DNA of 64,000 nucleotides from Rhodospirillales bacterium (GTDB lineage Bacteria; Pseudomonadota; Alphaproteobacteria; Micavibrionales; UBA1664): NCBI GenBank assembly GCA_023898805.1, contig CP060260.1, positions 715,512 through 779,511 on the forward strand, in the 5' to 3' direction. This document shows positions 1 to 9,919 of this stretch, piece after piece. The notes beneath the pieces are model-generated. The model worked only from the letters and a program-made list of their open reading frames with translations, searched no databases and had not been told where the DNA came from. The position numbers and the translations under genes were made by a program. The stretch's first letter is position 1, and the number at the start of each line of letters is the position of its first letter.

Positions 1-2
1 GC

Positions 3-2465
3 CGCGACACGTCCCGCCGCTTCCTGCCCGAACCGGTCAGCCGCTTCCTCCGCGCCCGCACAACCGACGCCTGGGGCCTGATTCTGCTGTGCTCCGGCGC
101 CTATGTCCTGCTTGCGCTCGCATCCTATACGCCCGGTGACCCTTCGCTTAACAACGCCTCAGCCGCCATTCCCGCGAATCTAGGCGGGCGCTTCGGCGCG
201 ACAATTGCCGACGCCTTGGTCCAGACCATCGGCATCGCGGGCATCTTGCCCGCATTGATCGCACTTGGCCGCGGTTTTATGGTCCTGCGCCGGTCCGAAA
301 CTGTGTTCGGTCTGGGGCTGCGCCTGATCTTCGCCGTTTTCGCGACCCTTGTCGCCGCCATTGCCTGCGCCCGTATCGGCGCACCGGAATCATGGGCACC
401 CGTGCCTTACATGGGCGGCGTTGCAGGTACAGGCATGCTTTCGGGCATCGCGGGCGCGATCCAGCCATGGACGGGCGGGGCGGCCTTCCTGATCACCGCA
501 CTCCTCTCTGGCGTCGCCGCCCTGATTCTGGCTGGCCTCGCGCTTGGAATGCCTGCATCCAACTGGGGCGATGCCGGGCGCATCGCCTTGTCTTTCACCG
601 CATGGGTCACGATGGGCACTGCCGCCATTGTCGCGCGCATCCACGGTTGGTTTTCATCCGGCGATGCGGACGACGATCTCTCGCCGCGCCGCCGCGCAAC
701 CACCGCGCGCAACATGCGCCGCGCCCCAGCCATCGCAAGTAGTGACGAAGATGAAGACGACGAGGAAGACGACATCGTCGACGCCGATGACGAGGATGAG
801 GACGCACAAGAAGATGAGGATGAGGACGATGACGACGGGGAAGAAGAACGCGGCGGCGGCTTGCTGCGGGCGATCAGGCCGAGCAACGATTCCCTTGTCC
901 GAAAACTGAAAAAACCCATCAAGAAAAAGAAGCCGCGCCAGAACGCTCTGACCCTGCGCGAGGATGAATGGGAATTTCCGGATATTGAAATCCTGCAAGA
1001 GGAACCGGACGAAAACGCGGGCGAGGAACACGACGAAAAAATCCTGACCCGCAACGCCGAGTTGCTGCAACAGGTGCTGGAGGATTTCAACATCAACGGC
1101 GAAATCGTGAAAATCCATCCCGGCCCGGTGGTCACACTGTATGAACTCGAACCCGCGCCGGGGACAAAATCCAGCCGCGTCATCAGCCTGTGCGATGACA
1201 TCGCGCGTTCCATGTCCGCCGTGTCCGTGCGTGCCGCCGTGGTGCCGGGACGCAATGTCATCGGCATCGAGATTCCGAACAAAAAACGCCGCATGGTATA
1301 CATGCGCTCGCTGCTCCAGACCGACGACTACGCCGAATCGAAATGCAAGCTGCCGCTGGCGCTGGGCAAGGATATCGGCGGCGCACCGATCATCGCCGAC
1401 CTTGCGCGCATGCCGCACCTTCTGGTCGCCGGGACCACCGGCTCGGGCAAGTCGGTCGCGGTCAACACCATGATCACCTCGCTGCTGTATAAGCTCAGCC
1501 CGGAACAATGCCGCTTCATCATGATCGACCCCAAGATGCTGGAGCTTTCGGTCTATGACGACATTCCGCATTTGCTCAGCCCCGTGGTCACCGAGCCCGG
1601 CAAGGCGGTGGTAGCCCTGAAATGGACGGTGCACGAGATGGAGGAGCGCTACCGCGCAATGTCCAAGCTCAGCGTCCGCAACATCGACGGCTACAACCAG
1701 CGCATCCGCGAGGCGCGCGGCAAGGGCGAGGTCCTGACCCGCAAGATCCAGACCGGCTTCGACCCCGAAACCGGCAAGCCGATCTACGAGGAACAGCCGA
1801 TCGAACTGGTCGAATTGCCGCATATCGTCGTCATCGTCGACGAATTCGCCGACCTGATGCTGGTCGCGGGCAAAGAGATCGAAAACGCGGTCCAGCGCCT
1901 GGCGCAGATGGCGCGCGCCGCCGGCATTCACATCATCATGGCGACCCAGCGCCCGTCGGTCGACGTCATCACCGGCGTGATCAAGGCGAACTTCCCGACC
2001 CGCATTTCCTTTCAGGTCACATCCAAAATCGACTCGCGCACCATTCTGGGCGAAGGCGGCGCGGAACAGCTTCTCGGCCAGGGCGACATGCTGTACATGG
2101 CTGCGGGCGGGCGCATCCAGCGCGTCCACGGCCCGTTTGTTTCCGACGACGAAGTCCAGCAAATCGTCGAACACCTGCGCGCGCAGGGCGAACCGGATTA
2201 TGTCGAAAGCGTCACCGAAGGCGGCGACGACGGCGAAACCGGCGACATGTTCGGCGGCCCCGGCGGCGGGTCCGGCGACACCCTGTACGATCAGGCGGTC
2301 GCGATCGTCGCGCGCGAAGGCAAGGCATCGACCAGTTTCATCCAGCGCCACCTCCAGATCGGATACAACCGCGCGGCAACGCTGATCGAACGCATGGAAA
2401 AAGAAGGGGTCATCAGCCCCGCCAACCATGTCGGCAAGCGGGAAGTGCTGGTTGGAAACCGCTGA
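3..2465 (+). CDS. ftsK: DNA translocase FtsK (5' end cut by window edge)
   Basis: Reading frame is open from nt 3; the track ORF 216..2465 begins at an internal TTG. N-terminal membrane part ([28 protein letters not shown]), acidic D/E linker, motor domain with Walker A GTTGSGKS and Walker [13 protein letters not shown]-terminal gamma winged helix ([22 protein letters not shown]). Confidence 0.95.
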   Translation, partial: RDTSRRFLPEPVSRFLRARTTDAWGLILLCSGAYVLLALASYTPGDPSLNNASAAIPANLGGRFGATIADALVQTIGIAGILPALIALGRGFMVLRRSETVFGLGLRLIFAVFATLVAAIACARIGAPESWAPVPYMGGVAGTGMLSGIAGAIQPWTGGAAFLITALLSGVAALILAGLALGMPASNWGDAGRIALSFTAWVTMGTAAIVARIHGWFSSGDADDDLSPRRRATTARNMRRAPAIASSDEDEDDEEDDIVDADDEDEDAQEDEDEDDDDGEEERGGGLLRAIRPSNDSLVRKLKKPIKKKKPRQNALTLREDEWEFPDIEILQEEPDENAGEEHDEKILTRNAELLQQVLEDFNINGEIVKIHPGPVVTLYELEPAPGTKSSRVISLCDDIARSMSAVSVRAAVVPGRNVIGIEIPNKKRRMVYMRSLLQTDDYAESKCKLPLALGKDIGGAPIIADLARMPHLLVAGTTGSGKSVAVNTMITSLLYKLSPEQCRFIMIDPKMLELSVYDDIPHLLSPVVTEPGKAVVALKWTVHEMEERYRAMSKLSVRNIDGYNQRIREARGKGEVLTRKIQTGFDPETGKPIYEEQPIELVELPHIVVIVDEFADLMLVAGKEIENAVQRLAQMARAAGIHIIMATQRPSVDVITGVIKANFPTRISFQVTSKIDSRTILGEGGAEQLLGQGDMLYMAAGGRIQRVHGPFVSDDEVQQIVEHLRAQGEPDYVESVTEGGDDGETGDMFGGPGGGSGDTLYDQAVAIVAREGKASTSFIQRHLQIGYNRAATLIERMEKEGVISPANHVGKREVLVGNR

Positions 2466-3240
2466 CATCCGGCCTGTCACCCGCTTCGCGCCCTCGCCCA
2501 CCGGCTATCTGCACCCCGGCCATGCCTACAGCGCGATCCTGAACGCGCACGCGGGCGCGCGTTTCCTGCTGCGGATCGAGGACATCGACAACACGCGCTG
2601 CAAACCCGAATACGAAACCGCGATTTACGAGGATCTGGCGTGGCTGGGCCTTGCGTGGGAACGGCCGGTGCGCCGCCAATCGGAACGCCTTGCGGTCTAT
2701 GAGGCGCAGCTGCGCGAGTGGCACGCGCGCGGCCTTGTCTATCGCTGCTTTAAAACCCGCAAGGATATCGCGGACAGCATGGGCGCCCCACACGCGCACG
2801 CACACGCGCAGGCATTTACCGGCGCACCCGACCCGCGCGAGGACGAAAAACTGGCGCGCGGCCTGCCTTTTTCCTGGCGCCTGAACATGGCGCGCGCGAT
2901 CGAAATCACGGGCGAACGCGCCGCCGCGCGTCATGGTGACGTCATTCTGGGCCGCAAGGATGTCGGCACGTCCTATCACCTCGCCTGCGTGATGGACGAC
3001 GCCGATCAGGGCGTGACCCAAATCATTCGCGGCGAGGATCTGGCCGACATCGCCGATCTGCATATCCTGATTTTTCGCCTGCTGGGCCATACACCACCTG
3101 AAATCACGCATCACAAAATGATTCTGGACCCGAAAACCGGCAAGCGTTTCGCCAAGCGCGACCATTCCATCACACTGCATGCGCTGCGCAAACAGGGCTG
3201 GACGCCTGCGGATATACGCGCCTATGTCGGGTTGGACTGA
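2428..3240 (+). CDS. gluQ: tRNA glutamyl-Q(34) synthetase (GluRS catalytic-domain paralogue)
   Basis: [18 protein letters not shown] (HIGH-type motif) and LLRIEDID. About 270 aa with no anticodon-binding domain. Overlaps the ftsK stop; the true start could be a downstream TTG. Confidence 0.85.
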   Translation: MSASGKCWLETADIRPVTRFAPSPTGYLHPGHAYSAILNAHAGARFLLRIEDIDNTRCKPEYETAIYEDLAWLGLAWERPVRRQSERLAVYEAQLREWHARGLVYRCFKTRKDIADSMGAPHAHAHAQAFTGAPDPREDEKLARGLPFSWRLNMARAIEITGERAAARHGDVILGRKDVGTSYHLACVMDDADQGVTQIIRGEDLADIADLHILIFRLLGHTPPEITHHKMILDPKTGKRFAKRDHSITLHALRKQGWTPADIRAYVGLD

Positions 3241-3304
3241 AAAGGTCACGACCCGCCATTTCAGCGCCTTCCCAAGGCCGCAATGCGCGCTTATGCTGGC
3301 AACC

Positions 3305-3997
3305 ATGAAAAAAATGATGAAAAACGTCCCGTTTTCTTTCGCCGCCGGAATTCTTGCGGTTCTGCTCGCATGGCCCGCCTGCGCGCAGGACGCCCGCCGC
3401 TCCTATCCGGAAACAGCCGCGCAGCGGCAAGTCGCGACTCAGGCTACGCAAATCGACGCCCGTGAATATGTGCGCAAGGCCGAAGACTGGCTGCGCAACC
3501 TGAAAACCGGCCGCGCCCGCTTCGTCCAGCAAGCCTATGACGGCAGCACGGCCGCCGGCACCTTTTATATCTCGCGCCCCGGCCGTTTGCGTTTTGAATA
3601 CGACCCGCCAGCCAAGGATTTCGTGGTCGCGGACGGCGTGTTCATCTATTTCTACGATGCGCAGCAGCGCCAGACCTCGACCGCGCCGATCGGCACCACG
3701 CTGGCCGATTTCCTGCTGCGCAAGAAGGCAAGCCTGAGCGGTGACGTCACCGTGCGCGCCGTGCGCGAACATGACGGCGTGGTGTCGATTGCCATGGTCC
3801 AGACCAAAAACCCGGACGCGGGCCAATTGACCGTCGATTTCACCCTCGATCCGTTCATGCTCCGGTCGTGGAGTGTCGTCGACGCGCAGGGCCTGACCAC
3901 CCGCATGACCTTAAGCGATCTGCAGCTCGGCGTACCCGTCCCGCCGCAATATTTCGTCTACAAGGACCCGACGGGCCGTACGCGCCTCAACAACTAG
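3305..3997 (+). CDS. lolA: LolA-like outer-membrane lipoprotein carrier
   Basis: Signal peptide MKKMMKNVPFSFAAGILAVLLAWPACAQ followed by LolA-like core (ARFVQQ, GTFYISRPGRLRFEYDPP, VADGVFIYFYD). Start moved to internal ATG 3305 (track start 3179). Confidence 0.8.
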   Translation: MKKMMKNVPFSFAAGILAVLLAWPACAQDARRSYPETAAQRQVATQATQIDAREYVRKAEDWLRNLKTGRARFVQQAYDGSTAAGTFYISRPGRLRFEYDPPAKDFVVADGVFIYFYDAQQRQTSTAPIGTTLADFLLRKKASLSGDVTVRAVREHDGVVSIAMVQTKNPDAGQLTVDFTLDPFMLRSWSVVDAQGLTTRMTLSDLQLGVPVPPQYFVYKDPTGRTRLNN

Positions 3998-4009
3998 GCC
4001 GTACGCACC

Positions 4010-4711
4010 ATGGTTTCCTCTGATACGCAACATGAACCCGGCACCATCGAAGCGAAAATCGTCGCGATCGAGGACCGGGCGGAAGATGTACGTGTCCTGG
4101 CCCTGCACCCGCAGGCGCATTTTCACTGGCGCGCGGGGCAATACGCACTGATCCACAGCGACGGTTTTGAGCCGCGCCCGTTTTCAATGGCCGCCGCCCC
4201 CTCGATGGACGGAAACATGTGTTTTCACATCCGCGACACAGGTGGTGGATTGAGCCGCCATCTCGCTAAATCCGTCAAGTGCGGCGACAGGGTATTCATC
4301 CAAGGCCCGTTCGGTGAAATGATCGCCGATCACGCAACGGCACGCCCAGTTCTGATGGTCGCGGGCGGCACAGGTATCGCGCCGATGCTGGCGCTGGCCT
4401 ATGACATCGCCCGCCGCGGCCTGACCGAGGAAGGCCTGACCTTGATCTATGGCACACGCGATGCGCAAACTCTGTACTGCGCGCGCGAACTCGACCAGTT
4501 GCGCGCGACAGGTGAATTGACCCTGCATCTGGCCTCCGGCCACATCACACCTGACCGATTGATTCAGGATCTTGCCCCCGACCTTGCGAATCATGCGATT
4601 TATATCAGCGGGCCGCACGCCATGATGCCGCCGGTCTATGCCACCCTGCGTGCGCAAGGTGCAAACCCGGCCTTCATTTACACCGACATCGAAATCCCGG
4701 AACCCGCATGA
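4010..4711 (+). CDS. FNR-family FAD/NAD(P)-binding oxidoreductase
   Basis: RPFSMA (RxYS-type FAD motif) and GGTGIAPM nucleotide-binding motif; no Fe-S domain. Stop overlaps recR start (ATGA). Confidence 0.7.
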   Translation: MVSSDTQHEPGTIEAKIVAIEDRAEDVRVLALHPQAHFHWRAGQYALIHSDGFEPRPFSMAAAPSMDGNMCFHIRDTGGGLSRHLAKSVKCGDRVFIQGPFGEMIADHATARPVLMVAGGTGIAPMLALAYDIARRGLTEEGLTLIYGTRDAQTLYCARELDQLRATGELTLHLASGHITPDRLIQDLAPDLANHAIYISGPHAMMPPVYATLRAQGANPAFIYTDIEIPEPA

Positions 4712-5310
4712 CCAGCCCCGACATCAACGATCTGATCCGCATACTCGCGCGCCTGCCGGGCGTTGGTCCGCGTTCGGCAAGACGTCTGGCCCTGACATTG
4801 CTGGAGGATCGCGAAGGGATGATGAAACCGTTGATGCTCCAGATGGAAAAGACATACGGCAATGTTCGGACATGCCATACGTGTGGGAATCTGGATGCCA
4901 GCGACCCCTGTATGATTTGCGCGGGACCACGCCGCAACCACGAAATCGTCTGCGTCGTGCAGGGCATCGCTGACATCTGGGCCATCGAGCGCACCCGTGC
5001 CTATGACGGCGTCTATCATGTGCTCGGTGGCGTGCTTTCCGCGATTGACGGAATCAAACCCGACGATCTGCGCATCGCCGAACTTTTGGAACGCGTGGCG
5101 GCAGGCGGAGTCGGGGAAATCGTGCTTGCGCTTTCCGCAACCGTCGACGGCCAGACCACCGCGCATTATCTGACCGATCGTTTGACGCAGATGAATGTCC
5201 GCATCACCCGGCTGGCCCATGGCATGCCTGTTGGCGGTGAACTTGACTACCTGGACGACGGCACGTTGACCACCGCGCTGCGCTCCCGCACTGCGGTTAA
5301 AAACGCCTGA
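4708..5310 (+). CDS. recR: Recombination protein RecR
   Basis: Helix-hairpin-helix LARLPGVGPRSARRLA, C4 zinc finger CHTCGN..CMIC, Toprim-like C-terminal half. Confidence 0.95.
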   Translation: MTSPDINDLIRILARLPGVGPRSARRLALTLLEDREGMMKPLMLQMEKTYGNVRTCHTCGNLDASDPCMICAGPRRNHEIVCVVQGIADIWAIERTRAYDGVYHVLGGVLSAIDGIKPDDLRIAELLERVAAGGVGEIVLALSATVDGQTTAHYLTDRLTQMNVRITRLAHGMPVGGELDYLDDGTLTTALRSRTAVKNA

Positions 5311-5312
5311 AA

Positions 5313-5651
5313 TCAGGCCTTTTCAGACACGTACACCATGCAGTCGCTGGCGTCCGCGCGCAACACGGCCAAATTTGAAAATTGCCCGATCTTGCCGCCG
5401 CCGATCGCGAAATCATAATACACGCCTGCTGGAAAAAAGTGATCGCCATTCGTCGCCGCAACACTGGCCCCGCCGAAGCGCAAATAGACATTCCCGGTCG
5501 CATAGACGGAAACCACGCGGGTATTCGCGTCAAACGTGGTGCCGTTGCGCGCGCTGGACGTGGAGGCGGCAATGGCGTGCGCGCCACCTGTGGGTTTAAG
5601 GCGCAGCGCTGGAATCGGAAACTGGTCGGAATCGAGTGGAAGTGTGGTCAT
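5313..5651 (-). CDS. Hypothetical small Gly/Ala/Ser-rich protein (112 aa)
   Basis: Start moved to ATG 5651, which has AAGGAGA 8 nt upstream. GC3-rich frame, no recognisable motif. Convergent with recR. Confidence 0.5.
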   Translation of the reverse strand: MTTLPLDSDQFPIPALRLKPTGGAHAIAASTSSARNGTTFDANTRVVSVYATGNVYLRFGGASVAATNGDHFFPAGVYYDFAIGGGKIGQFSNLAVLRADASDCMVYVSEKA

Positions 5652-5684
5652 GGAAAAAATCTCCTTGAAACGGGTTTCGGACAT

Positions 5685-5716
5685 AAAAAAACCCGGGCCG
5701 CAGCAGCGGTCCGGGC
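5685..5716 (-). terminator. Rho-independent terminator downstream of wzc-like gene
   Basis: Minus strand reads GCCCGGACCGCTGCTGCGGCCCGGG followed by T7, about 50 nt after the stop at 5768. Confidence 0.65.
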
Positions 5717-5767
5717 AGAGTCCTCCTAGGACAATATACCTATAATACGGAATTCACATGCCGTCTG

Positions 5768-7933
5768 TCAAGCCGGAGCCAGAGAGCCGTCTTCGCCACC
5801 TTCCTGTCCATAGCGATAAACAACCCCTGCTGCGGAATCGCGGCAATAGGCGTCCAGATCGACTTTGTTGAGCACCAGCGACAACCCGGCATACCCCATA
5901 TCGGCATAGGGCTTGAGCGCGGCAAGCACGGTATCCCGACGCGTACGGTTCCACGCAACGACATACAGCGTCTGGTCGACCATGCGCGCCAGCACGCGTG
6001 AATCCACGAAGGCCAGTGACGACGGCGCGTCAAGAATGACCAGATCGTATTGCTCGCGCAACGTTTCGATCAGCGTTTCCATCCGGCCCGATGTCAAAAG
6101 CGTAAGCGAATAGGACGGCACGGCTTTGGCCGCCAGCAGATGCACGCCCGAAGGATCCTTGCGATAGATCGCATCATCGATATCCAGCCGCTCGCCAAGG
6201 TAATCGGTCAATCCCCGTGCGTTGCCGATACGAAACGCCTTATGCACGCTAGGCCGACGCAAATCGCAATCGACCACGCACACACGCTCGCCCGCCTTGG
6301 CGGCAATCATCGCCAGCATCACGGCAAGCGACGTCTTGCCTTCGTCCGGCAGTGTCGAGGTAAACGCGATCACCCGCGCCCGCCGCCCCAGCCTGCCGCC
6401 CGCCTCGTTGTTCATCTCACTGCGCAAGCGCAGACTGATGCGCAAGCCGCGCAAGGACTCGGCAAGAATGGCGGCAGGATTTTGCATTACGCTGTGATGT
6501 ACGCCATCAGGCGTACGGGCACTAGCCAACGGAACCGCAGCCAGTACGGGATATCCGGTCATCGCCTCAAGCTGGTCGGCGGTGGTGAAACCGCGCGCCA
6601 GTAAAATGCGCGAAAGCACGAACAAAAACCCACCAGCGAAGCCAACCGCGGCAAGCAGCAAAACCAGCCGCGCCCGCACTGCATTGTCGGGACGCTCCGG
6701 CACCGTTGCCATGCTGATGACCCGGATATCCGCACCCGCCAACTCGCTTTGTGCCATTTCTTCCTGATATTTCATCATAAAATCGGCATAAAGCCGGTCA
6801 TTCGCCGCGATCTGGCTTTCCAGCGTCCGCGTCTGTTCCTGCAAACGGCTGTCAAAATCGATATTGTCGTCTATCGTGGCGACCTGCGATTCCAGAGCCG
6901 AAAGCTTGGCCTTCGCGGCCTCCAGATTCTGTCCGATCGCGGTGACCGCCAGTTGCGTTTCGCGCACGATCGCGCGGCGCATCCGTGTGATTTCGGCTTT
7001 CTTGGCGATGATTTTCGGATGCAGATCGCCGTAACGCTCGCTCATCTGCGCAAGCTCGTCCTCAAGCCTGCTCTCGCTTTTTTTGAGCGCGCTAATGCGC
7101 GGCGATTTCAGAACCTCGACAAGCGTCGCGGGCCCGCTGCCGCCATCCTTTTTTATTGCGCCTAATTGTGCCGACAGTGTCGCGATATCGTTTTGCGTGC
7201 GCGCGATGTCGCCATTCAAAAGCGTGATGCGCGCACCCGACAGATCGGCGCCGCCCGGCGCAAGCCGTACATGCGCAACACGAATATCGCCAAGCGCTTG
7301 CCGCGCCGAATCGCCTTCCGCCTTGATGCTTTCAAGCCGCTTGCCCATCCACGCACCGATCTGGCGCGACTGTTCGAAACGCTCGTCCACCTTGCGCTCT
7401 TGATACGATGCCAGCAGCGCGTTCGCAATCTGCGCCGCGCGCGCCGGATCCGCCGCACGCGCATCCATGTCGATGATACTTGTGCCGCCATGCACGTGGA
7501 CGCTGATCATCCTCCGCAGTCGCCCCATCACGCGCGCGGCCGCCGCGCTTTCGTCACGGTCATGTCTGAATATGCGGGCAAGAAAGCCCGTGCGCGCGAA
7601 CACCGGGTCGCGATATAAATTCAGCCGCCCGGCGACCTTGGAAAGCACCGGCACCGACTGCGCGATCGCAACTTCGGATTCCAGCAATCCGCCTAACAAC
7701 CTGTCTTGCCGCGCCCCGTCCGCGATCATGATCTGCGCGCGTGCGTTATAAACCGGTGGCAGCGCCAGCCACAGCGCCAACCCAAGCCCCGCGCCCACAG
7801 TCATGCAAAGCAGCGGTATACGCCGCGCGCGCCAAAGCGCGTCGGCCAGCCGCAACCACGCATGCCCCGCATACGCGCCGCGCGCGCGCAAAACCGCGCC
7901 GTCACGCACCGGAACCTCGCTGAACATGCTCAT
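5768..7933 (-). CDS. Polysaccharide co-polymerase / tyrosine autokinase (Wzc/ExoP/GumC-like)
   Basis: N-terminal Wzz-type region with two TM segments and a long coiled coil. C-terminal BY-kinase-type P-loop ATPase (TSTLPDEGKTSLAVMLA, VVDCDLRRP, DLVILDAPS). Confidence 0.85.
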   Translation of the reverse strand: MSMFSEVPVRDGAVLRARGAYAGHAWLRLADALWRARRIPLLCMTVGAGLGLALWLALPPVYNARAQIMIADGARQDRLLGGLLESEVAIAQSVPVLSKVAGRLNLYRDPVFARTGFLARIFRHDRDESAAAARVMGRLRRMISVHVHGGTSIIDMDARAADPARAAQIANALLASYQERKVDERFEQSRQIGAWMGKRLESIKAEGDSARQALGDIRVAHVRLAPGGADLSGARITLLNGDIARTQNDIATLSAQLGAIKKDGGSGPATLVEVLKSPRISALKKSESRLEDELAQMSERYGDLHPKIIAKKAEITRMRRAIVRETQLAVTAIGQNLEAAKAKLSALESQVATIDDNIDFDSRLQEQTRTLESQIAANDRLYADFMMKYQEEMAQSELAGADIRVISMATVPERPDNAVRARLVLLLAAVGFAGGFLFVLSRILLARGFTTADQLEAMTGYPVLAAVPLASARTPDGVHHSVMQNPAAILAESLRGLRISLRLRSEMNNEAGGRLGRRARVIAFTSTLPDEGKTSLAVMLAMIAAKAGERVCVVDCDLRRPSVHKAFRIGNARGLTDYLGERLDIDDAIYRKDPSGVHLLAAKAVPSYSLTLLTSGRMETLIETLREQYDLVILDAPSSLAFVDSRVLARMVDQTLYVVAWNRTRRDTVLAALKPYADMGYAGLSLVLNKVDLDAYCRDSAAGVVYRYGQEGGEDGSLAPA

Positions 7934-8343
7934 GACGCCCCGCGGCTTTTAAGTTCGACCGTGACGTTTGGATTTTTAAGGTAACCGGCGCGATACGCCC
8001 CGGCGATGTCGCCGGGCAGGGATTCCAGCGTCTGTCCCGCCGCCTCCACCGCGCCGATCAACGGCATGGCGATTTCGCCATCTTCCCCGACGATGTAATC
8101 GCCGCTCAAATCGCTTTCACCGAAAACCGTGACCTTAAGCACGTCGCCCGTGACAATCACATGTGGCACGCTGGAAACGGGTTGTGGCTTGTGGAGCGCA
8201 TCAACCGCCATCGGCGCGGCGGGCGCGCAGGCATGGTTACAGCATCCGGCCAGCACCAGCACGCCGAATATCATCAGATATTTTGAAACACGGTGGATAA
8301 AAATTGACATCATGTTGGAATCGAAAGGGGAAAAGCTGACCAC
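7930..8343 (-). CDS. Short polysaccharide export lipoprotein (Wza-type Poly_export domain only)
   Basis: Lipobox LVLAGC; GDVLKVTVFGESDLSGDYIVGEDGEIAMPLIGAVEAAGQT and YLKNPNVTVEL. Track start is GTG 8343; ATG alternatives at 8313/8310. Stop overlaps wzc-like start (ATGA). Confidence 0.7.
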   Translation of the reverse strand: MVSFSPFDSNMMSIFIHRVSKYLMIFGVLVLAGCCNHACAPAAPMAVDALHKPQPVSSVPHVIVTGDVLKVTVFGESDLSGDYIVGEDGEIAMPLIGAVEAAGQTLESLPGDIAGAYRAGYLKNPNVTVELKSRGAS

Positions 8344-8434
8344 TTATCCACAATTGTGCCGTATTCGCGAATGATTACCAAGTCCGGCATAAGAAATTTT
8401 ATGCCGGAAAACCAGGGTCGTACGGCCGTACGTC

Positions 8435-8551
8435 ATACCGATTCTCATTCATTATATGAGAATCGGTATGAGGGTTGCGACTGCAACCCGCGCGATAGCG
8501 CGAAGCCTCTCGTGGCGTCTGAACGCTTTCGTCATCGCATGATGACGAAAC
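8435..8551 (+). repeat. Structured intergenic repeat, copy A (~117 bp, several hairpins)
   Basis: Near-identical by eye to 20643..20758 over the 3' ~90 nt (aatcggtatgagg.ttgcgactgcaa..cgcgatagcgcgaagcc..gcgtctgaa.gctttcgtcatcg..gatgacgaaac). The 5' hairpin ataccg..cggtat is kept by compensatory changes. Confidence 0.6.
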
Positions 8552-8555
8552 AATA

Positions 8556-9911
8556 TCAGCGCGTTGCCACGGTCATGCCCATGACCAGAAGCGAAGGGGA
8601 ATCGACGCCATCGCGGAATTCGAGGTCGTCCGCCGGAACCATGTTGAGAAACATGTCCTTGAGGTTTCCCGCAATGGTCATCTCGGCGACGGGATGGACA
8701 ACTTTACCGCCGCGTATCCAGAATCCAGATGCACCGCGAGAATAATCCCCTGTGGAAAGCGAGATGCTCGCCCCCATCAGCTCGGTCACCAAAAACCCCT
8801 CGTCGATACCCGCGATCATGTCGTCACGCGTGACGGTACCCGCCGCGATCCAAAGATTGGACGGGTTTGGTCCCGGCGGTGACGAAAGCCCGCGCGAAGC
8901 ATGACCGCTCGGCGTAAGACCAAGCCGCCCCGCCGAACGCAAATCGAGGTATAGCCCGTTCAACACCCCGTTTTCGACCATCGCCCGCCGCGCGACCGGC
9001 AAGCTTTCCGCGTCGAACGGCACCGACCGCAGGCCGCGCGGCTTAAGCGGGTCGTCAATCACCGTGATCGCGGATGCGCACACTGCCGTACCGATACGTT
9101 CCTGCCAGAAACTTGTACCTTTGGCCTGGCGCGGCCCGGAAATCGCGCGTGAAAGCGTCCGCAAAAGCGATGCCGCGATCCGTCGATCGAACACCACCGG
9201 AAACGCACCAGTTTTTCCCGGTCTGGCACCCAGCCGCGCCAGTGTACGTGTGGCGGCGCGTAAGCCCACCGATTCTGGTTTTTCAAGATCCGTGGCATAG
9301 GTGGCCTGAGCCGAGGCATGATCGGTTTCCATCCCGTCGCCCTTGCCAGCGATCACGCCCAACGAAACATGCGTGCCGCCATGCGCATAACCGCCGCTGA
9401 AACCCGTACTGGTCGAAAGCCCGATCCAATGCACGGATTGTCCGGCCCCGGCACCATCGGAATTGGTGATGCCAGACTGTGCCAGCGCCGCATCCTCGGC
9501 TGCGCGCGCAAGATCGCCAAGCTGCGCGACCGAAAGTGCGGGCGCGGCATCGTACAGGTCTGGAATAATCCATCCGCGCGCCATTTCCGCAGGTTCCGCC
9601 AGTCGCGTGAAAGGATCTTCCGGTACCGCGCCGCACATCGCGCTCACCTGCTCGGCCAGCCGTTGCAGGCCTTCAGGGCTGGTGTCCGCGCTCGACCCAT
9701 AGGCCTGCCGTTTGCCCTTGAACACGCGCAAACCAACGCCGAAACTTTCGGCCCGCGCTGCATCCTCAAGCGCACCTTTGCGCACGCTGACATCCAGCGT
9801 CTGCGCGCGCATGGCCACGACGTCCGCCGCTTCGGCCCCTGCCGCGCGGGCAAGACGCAAAAGCTGTTCGCGAATGCCGCGATCCGGGTCTGGCTCGTAA
9901 GACATCAGCAT
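8556..9911 (-). CDS. pmbA: TldD/PmbA-family metalloprotease
   Basis: Full-length (451 aa) match in length and motif pattern to the PmbA/TldD family, including the Gly-rich C-terminal half (GDYSRGASGFWIRGGK, MTIAGN). Confidence 0.85.
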   Translation of the reverse strand: MLMSYEPDPDRGIREQLLRLARAAGAEAADVVAMRAQTLDVSVRKGALEDAARAESFGVGLRVFKGKRQAYGSSADTSPEGLQRLAEQVSAMCGAVPEDPFTRLAEPAEMARGWIIPDLYDAAPALSVAQLGDLARAAEDAALAQSGITNSDGAGAGQSVHWIGLSTSTGFSGGYAHGGTHVSLGVIAGKGDGMETDHASAQATYATDLEKPESVGLRAATRTLARLGARPGKTGAFPVVFDRRIAASLLRTLSRAISGPRQAKGTSFWQERIGTAVCASAITVIDDPLKPRGLRSVPFDAESLPVARRAMVENGVLNGLYLDLRSAGRLGLTPSGHASRGLSSPPGPNPSNLWIAAGTVTRDDMIAGIDEGFLVTELMGASISLSTGDYSRGASGFWIRGGKVVHPVAEMTIAGNLKDMFLNMVPADDLEFRDGVDSPSLLVMGMTVATR

Positions 9912-9919
9912 GAAATGTG

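Noticed and set aside
654-2501. 615-aa ORF antisense to ftsK
   Set aside because: The opposite strand carries unmistakable FtsK motifs. The antisense translation is Arg/Ala/Gly/Asp low-complexity, typical of shadow frames in GC-rich DNA.
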